This document shows positions 60,636-64,000 of a DNA stretch of 64,000 bases, piece after piece. The notes beneath the pieces were generated by a model. The model was given only the letters and a program-made list of their open reading frames with translations. It had not been told where the DNA came from and ran no database searches. This stretch comes from Acidobacteriota bacterium (GTDB lineage: Bacteria > Acidobacteriota > UBA890 > WLXD01): NCBI GenBank assembly GCA_965248695.1, contig CBDFKD010000002.1:3168001-3232000 (forward strand), read 5' to 3'. The translations under genes and the position numbers were made by a program. The number at the start of each line of letters is the position of its first letter. The first letter of the stretch is position 1.

Positions 60636-61901
60636 TTGACGCTCGAACTCAGCTCCAAGGATCGCTCATTGCTCGCCGGCGAGCACGGCCCTGCCGGACG
60701 ATTCGCCATGTCGATCCTCGTGCGCATGGCGGAGGCGCTCGATGTCGAGCGCATGATGGACATCTCGCAAGCACATATCGATAGCACTGTGTACCAGGGC
60801 AAGGCGACCCTGGAGTTTGCCGAACGGCTTGCCGACATGGACGCGCGAGTGGCGGTGCCTTCGACGGTGAACGTCAGCGGCGTCGATGCGGCCGACTGGC
60901 GAGAGTGGGCCGTACCGGAGGAATGGGCCGGGAACGCGTATCGGCAGATGCAGGCGTACGAGCGCATGGGATGCACGCCGACCTGGACCTGCGCTCCCTA
61001 TCAGACGGCCATGCGACCGAAGCGTGGCCAGCAGATCGCCTGGGGAGAATCCAACGCCATCGCGTTCGCCAACTCGGTGATCGGTGCGCGCACGGAGCGG
61101 TATCCCGACCTGATGGATATCTGCGCCGCGATCACCGCACGGGTTCCTGCCCGCGGCCTGCACCTGGAAGAGAACCGCGCCGGAGAGCTGCTGCTGCAGC
61201 TGGTGGACGTGCCGGAAGCGTTGCAACGCGAGGATTCGTTCTGCGCCGTGCTGGGCTACTTGATGGGAAAGATCGCCCAGGAGCGCGTGCCGGTGATCGA
61301 GGGGCTTACCGCCGTACCGACCGAGGACGACCTCAAAGCCCTTGGCGCGGGCGGGGCGTCCGCCGGCGCGGTAGCACTGTTCCACGTTGTCGGTCATACG
61401 CCCGAGGCGCCGACTTTGGAAGCCGCGTTTCAGGGCCGTGAGCCACCGGAAACGCATCAGTTGACGGTTCGCGACCTGCGCCATGCGCGCGCCGAGCTGA
61501 CCACGTTCGACGGCACCCGGGTGGATGTCGTCGCTCTCGGCAGCCCCCATTTCTCCCTCGAGGAATTCGCCCGCCTGGCGCCGCTGCTGGAGGGGCAGCG
61601 CTGTCATCCGGACGTTCTCTTTCTGGTAACCACCGGGCGGATGATGCGCGCGCTCGCCGAACAGGCCGGCTTACTGGAGTCGCTGCGGAAGTTCGGCGCC
61701 AGGATCACGGTGGATACCTGCATCCTCACCACGCCCATGCTGCCGGCCGAGATCGAGACGCTGATGACCAACTCGGCCAAGTACGCTTATTACACTCCCG
61801 GCCTGCTGAATGCACAGGTGACCTTCGGTAGCTTGGAGGACTGTGTTCGGTCGGCGGTCGCGGGGCGCGTGGAATGCGACGATTCGCTATGGCGGGGGTG
61901 A
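60636..61901 (+). CDS. Aconitase X catalytic (large) subunit (DUF521)
   Basis: AHIDS, TWTCAPY, IAWGESNAIAFANSVIGART, LGSPH, DTC and TNSAKYAYY motifs. Confidence 0.9.
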   Translation: MTLELSSKDRSLLAGEHGPAGRFAMSILVRMAEALDVERMMDISQAHIDSTVYQGKATLEFAERLADMDARVAVPSTVNVSGVDAADWREWAVPEEWAGNAYRQMQAYERMGCTPTWTCAPYQTAMRPKRGQQIAWGESNAIAFANSVIGARTERYPDLMDICAAITARVPARGLHLEENRAGELLLQLVDVPEALQREDSFCAVLGYLMGKIAQERVPVIEGLTAVPTEDDLKALGAGGASAGAVALFHVVGHTPEAPTLEAAFQGREPPETHQLTVRDLRHARAELTTFDGTRVDVVALGSPHFSLEEFARLAPLLEGQRCHPDVLFLVTTGRMMRALAEQAGLLESLRKFGARITVDTCILTTPMLPAEIETLMTNSAKYAYYTPGLLNAQVTFGSLEDCVRSAVAGRVECDDSLWRG

Positions 61902-62308
61902 TCCGCGGGCGGGTCCTGGTGCCCGGCGAGGTCGAAGGCGAAGCGCTGACGAGCACCGAGCCGTTGAGCTTCTGGGGTGGCTATGATCAGACCACCGGCG
62001 AGATCATCGACCGACGACATCCGCTCTCGGGGTGCATTGCCGCCGACAAGATTCTCGCGCTACCTGCTTCGCGCGGCTCCAGCACCACCGCCGCGGTGTT
62101 GCTCGAGGCGGTGCGCCGCCGCACCGCTCCGGCTGCGATCATCACCGATGGCGCCGACACGTTCTTGACGTTGACGGCAATCGTCGCCGACGAGATGTAC
62201 GAACGCAGCTTCGCGGTGATCGCGGTTGACGCCGAGGACTTCGAGAAGCTGCTCACCGCCCGCCGGTTGCGCGTCGCCGCCGACGGCAGCATCGCCAGGC
62301 CGTGCTAG
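61889..62308 (+). CDS. Aconitase X swivel (small) subunit (DUF126)
   Basis: GEALTSTEPLSFWGGYD..TGEIIDRRHPL.G and RGSST motifs. Confidence 0.9.
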   Translation: MAGVIRGRVLVPGEVEGEALTSTEPLSFWGGYDQTTGEIIDRRHPLSGCIAADKILALPASRGSSTTAAVLLEAVRRRTAPAAIITDGADTFLTLTAIVADEMYERSFAVIAVDAEDFEKLLTARRLRVAADGSIARPC

Positions 62309-62423
62309 CAGGCTCCCAAATCGAGCCTTTGGCGAATACCCCGCCCCCCGGGAAGGCGACTACACTCTGGTTCGCGGACCCCCCAGCGCCGATAATCGGA
62401 ACTACCCCGATCGCGAGGCAAGC

Positions 62424-63632
62424 GTGACGCCGGAACTGCTCGAACAAGGCCTACGTGTGACCGCGGCAACCTCCGTGGCTCTGTGGCTCATCATCATAAT
62501 CGACCGACGGCGCTGGTGGCCGTCGCAGTGGAGCCTGCACCTGGATGCCGCTTCCCGACAGCCGCGAGCAGGCGACCACGGCGAGCTGGTGGTTGTCGTG
62601 CCGGCGCGCAACGAAGCGGCGGTGCTGCCACGAACGTTGCCGCGACTCCTCAAGCAGAGCGACTGGTACCGGCAGCTGGTGGTGGTGGACGACCGCTCGT
62701 CGGACAACACTGCTTCGCTGGCGACGCGGCTGGCGCACGGAACCGACGCGGAACAGAAGCTCCGGGTCGTCTCCATCGACGAGCTCGAGCCGGGCTGGAC
62801 CGGCAAGCTCCACGCGCTCAACGCCGGGGCAGAAGCGGCGCTCGAAGGCTGGGAGGGTGACAAGGAACGCCAGTGGGTCTTGTTCACCGACGCGGACGTC
62901 CTGCACCCGACAACCTCACTCGGCAGCCTGCTCTCGAAGGCGTCGACCGAGGACCTCGACTTGGTGTCGGTGGTTGCCAAGCGACGTTGCGACACCCTCT
63001 GGGAGTGGCTCTTGATCCCGCCGTTCCTGTACTTCTTCCAGATGATGTTCCCGTTTCGCAGCGCCTCGGATCCGCGCTCGCGGACCGCGGCCGCCGCGGG
63101 AGGCGTCATGCTCATCCGCCGTCGAGTCTTCGATGACATCGGCGGACTTCAATCGCTCGGGCGCCATATCGACGAGCTGGCGTTGGCAAAGCGCATCAAG
63201 CGCAGCGGCAGCCGATGCTGGCTGGGGCTGGATCCCGACCTGACCTCGATACGCAGCTATGGCTCGCTCGGCCGCGTCCGCAGCACCGTGGAGCGGACGA
63301 CCTTCCAACAGCTGCGCTACCGCTACAGCCTGGTACCGATCATGTGGCTGGGCACACTCCTGCTCTTCACGCTTCCGCCCGCCCTGACCCTGTACGGTGC
63401 CATTCGGCTCGACGTGCTGCTGCTCGTACCCGCGGTACTCGCCTGGCTGTTCTCCACGGTGCATTTCTTGCCGGTGGTCAGCTATCTAGGTGCACCCGCC
63501 GTCTTCGCGTTTGCGCTACCGGTGTCGGCAACGATGTACGCGTGGATGACCACGATTTCGGCCTGGCGACACCTGCGAGGCAAACCCGCCGCCTGGCGCC
63601 CATCGCCGGAGGGGCTGCCGATCGATGGATGA
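62424..63632 (+). CDS. GT2 glycosyltransferase, hopene-associated HpnB-like
   Basis: VVPARNEA, VDDRSSD, GWTGKL, FTDAD, LIPPFLYFFQMMFPF and AAAGG motifs. Confidence 0.78.
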   Translation: MTPELLEQGLRVTAATSVALWLIIIIDRRRWWPSQWSLHLDAASRQPRAGDHGELVVVVPARNEAAVLPRTLPRLLKQSDWYRQLVVVDDRSSDNTASLATRLAHGTDAEQKLRVVSIDELEPGWTGKLHALNAGAEAALEGWEGDKERQWVLFTDADVLHPTTSLGSLLSKASTEDLDLVSVVAKRRCDTLWEWLLIPPFLYFFQMMFPFRSASDPRSRTAAAAGGVMLIRRRVFDDIGGLQSLGRHIDELALAKRIKRSGSRCWLGLDPDLTSIRSYGSLGRVRSTVERTTFQQLRYRYSLVPIMWLGTLLLFTLPPALTLYGAIRLDVLLLVPAVLAWLFSTVHFLPVVSYLGAPAVFAFALPVSATMYAWMTTISAWRHLRGKPAAWRPSPEGLPIDG

Positions 63633-64000
63633 GCCCCGGCGCGCGACGGTCTCGGTTGAGGTTCGATACGCCGAGACCGACGGCATGGGAATCGTCCACC
63701 ACGCGAACTATCTGGTCTGGTTCGAGCTCGCTCGCACCAGGTTGTGCGCCGACACCGGACACCCTTACGCCGACATCGAGCGCACCGGCTTCCGACTGAC
63801 GGTAACCGGGGCATCGGCACGCTACCGGCGGCCATCGCGCTACGGTGACACGCTGCAGGTAACCGCAGGGATCCGGCGCCTCGGCAGTCGTGGCCTGCAG
63901 TTCGAGTACGAGGTTCATCGCGACACCGAGCTGCTGGCGACCGGACACACGGACCACGTGTGGATCAACGCCGAGAACCGCCCGTGTCGCATGCCCGATG
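63625..64000 (+). CDS. Acyl-CoA thioesterase (YbgC/4HBT-like); 3' partial
   Basis: Not in the ORF track. Reads MDEPRRATVSVEVRYAETDGMGIVHHANYLVWFELAR...RYGDTLQV... Confidence 0.88.
   Translation, partial: MDEPRRATVSVEVRYAETDGMGIVHHANYLVWFELARTRLCADTGHPYADIERTGFRLTVTGASARYRRPSRYGDTLQVTAGIRRLGSRGLQFEYEVHRDTELLATGHTDHVWINAENRPCRMPD

Overview
GC-rich bacterial chromosomal window, most likely Acidobacteriota: it has two PadR + ADOP-type permease pairs, VPS10-like and CRTAC1/ASPIC proteins, and an Oar-like TonB receptor. It holds about 45 mostly housekeeping or periplasmic-hydrolase genes. The most unusual part is 9.3-16.0 kb. There an intact tRNA-Pro(TGG) is followed by a ~6.5 kb integrase-less island closed by a 33-bp copy of the tRNA-Pro 3' end. 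Inside it are three more tRNA 3' fragments (two fMet-like, one Thr-like), 11-12-bp-period tandem repeats resembling integrase arm sites, and IHF-consensus boxes. The two fMet fragments form 43-bp direct repeats around a two-gene cassette: a divergent Lgt-family transferase facing a secreted, internally duplicated protein whose signal region ends in GSGCCGC, a candidate dedicated non-canonical lipidation system. Other points: a 286-bp palindromic MITE, a GTAG REP doublet, an IS256 element next to a kinase fragment, two overlapping bidirectional leaderless-type promoters, a swivel-first (LeuD-LeuC order) aconitase-family fusion and a split aconitase X. Several genes are broken (DUF4097, TonB receptor, MATE), and some of these breaks may be assembly errors. 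All calls come from reading motifs by eye; no database searches were run.
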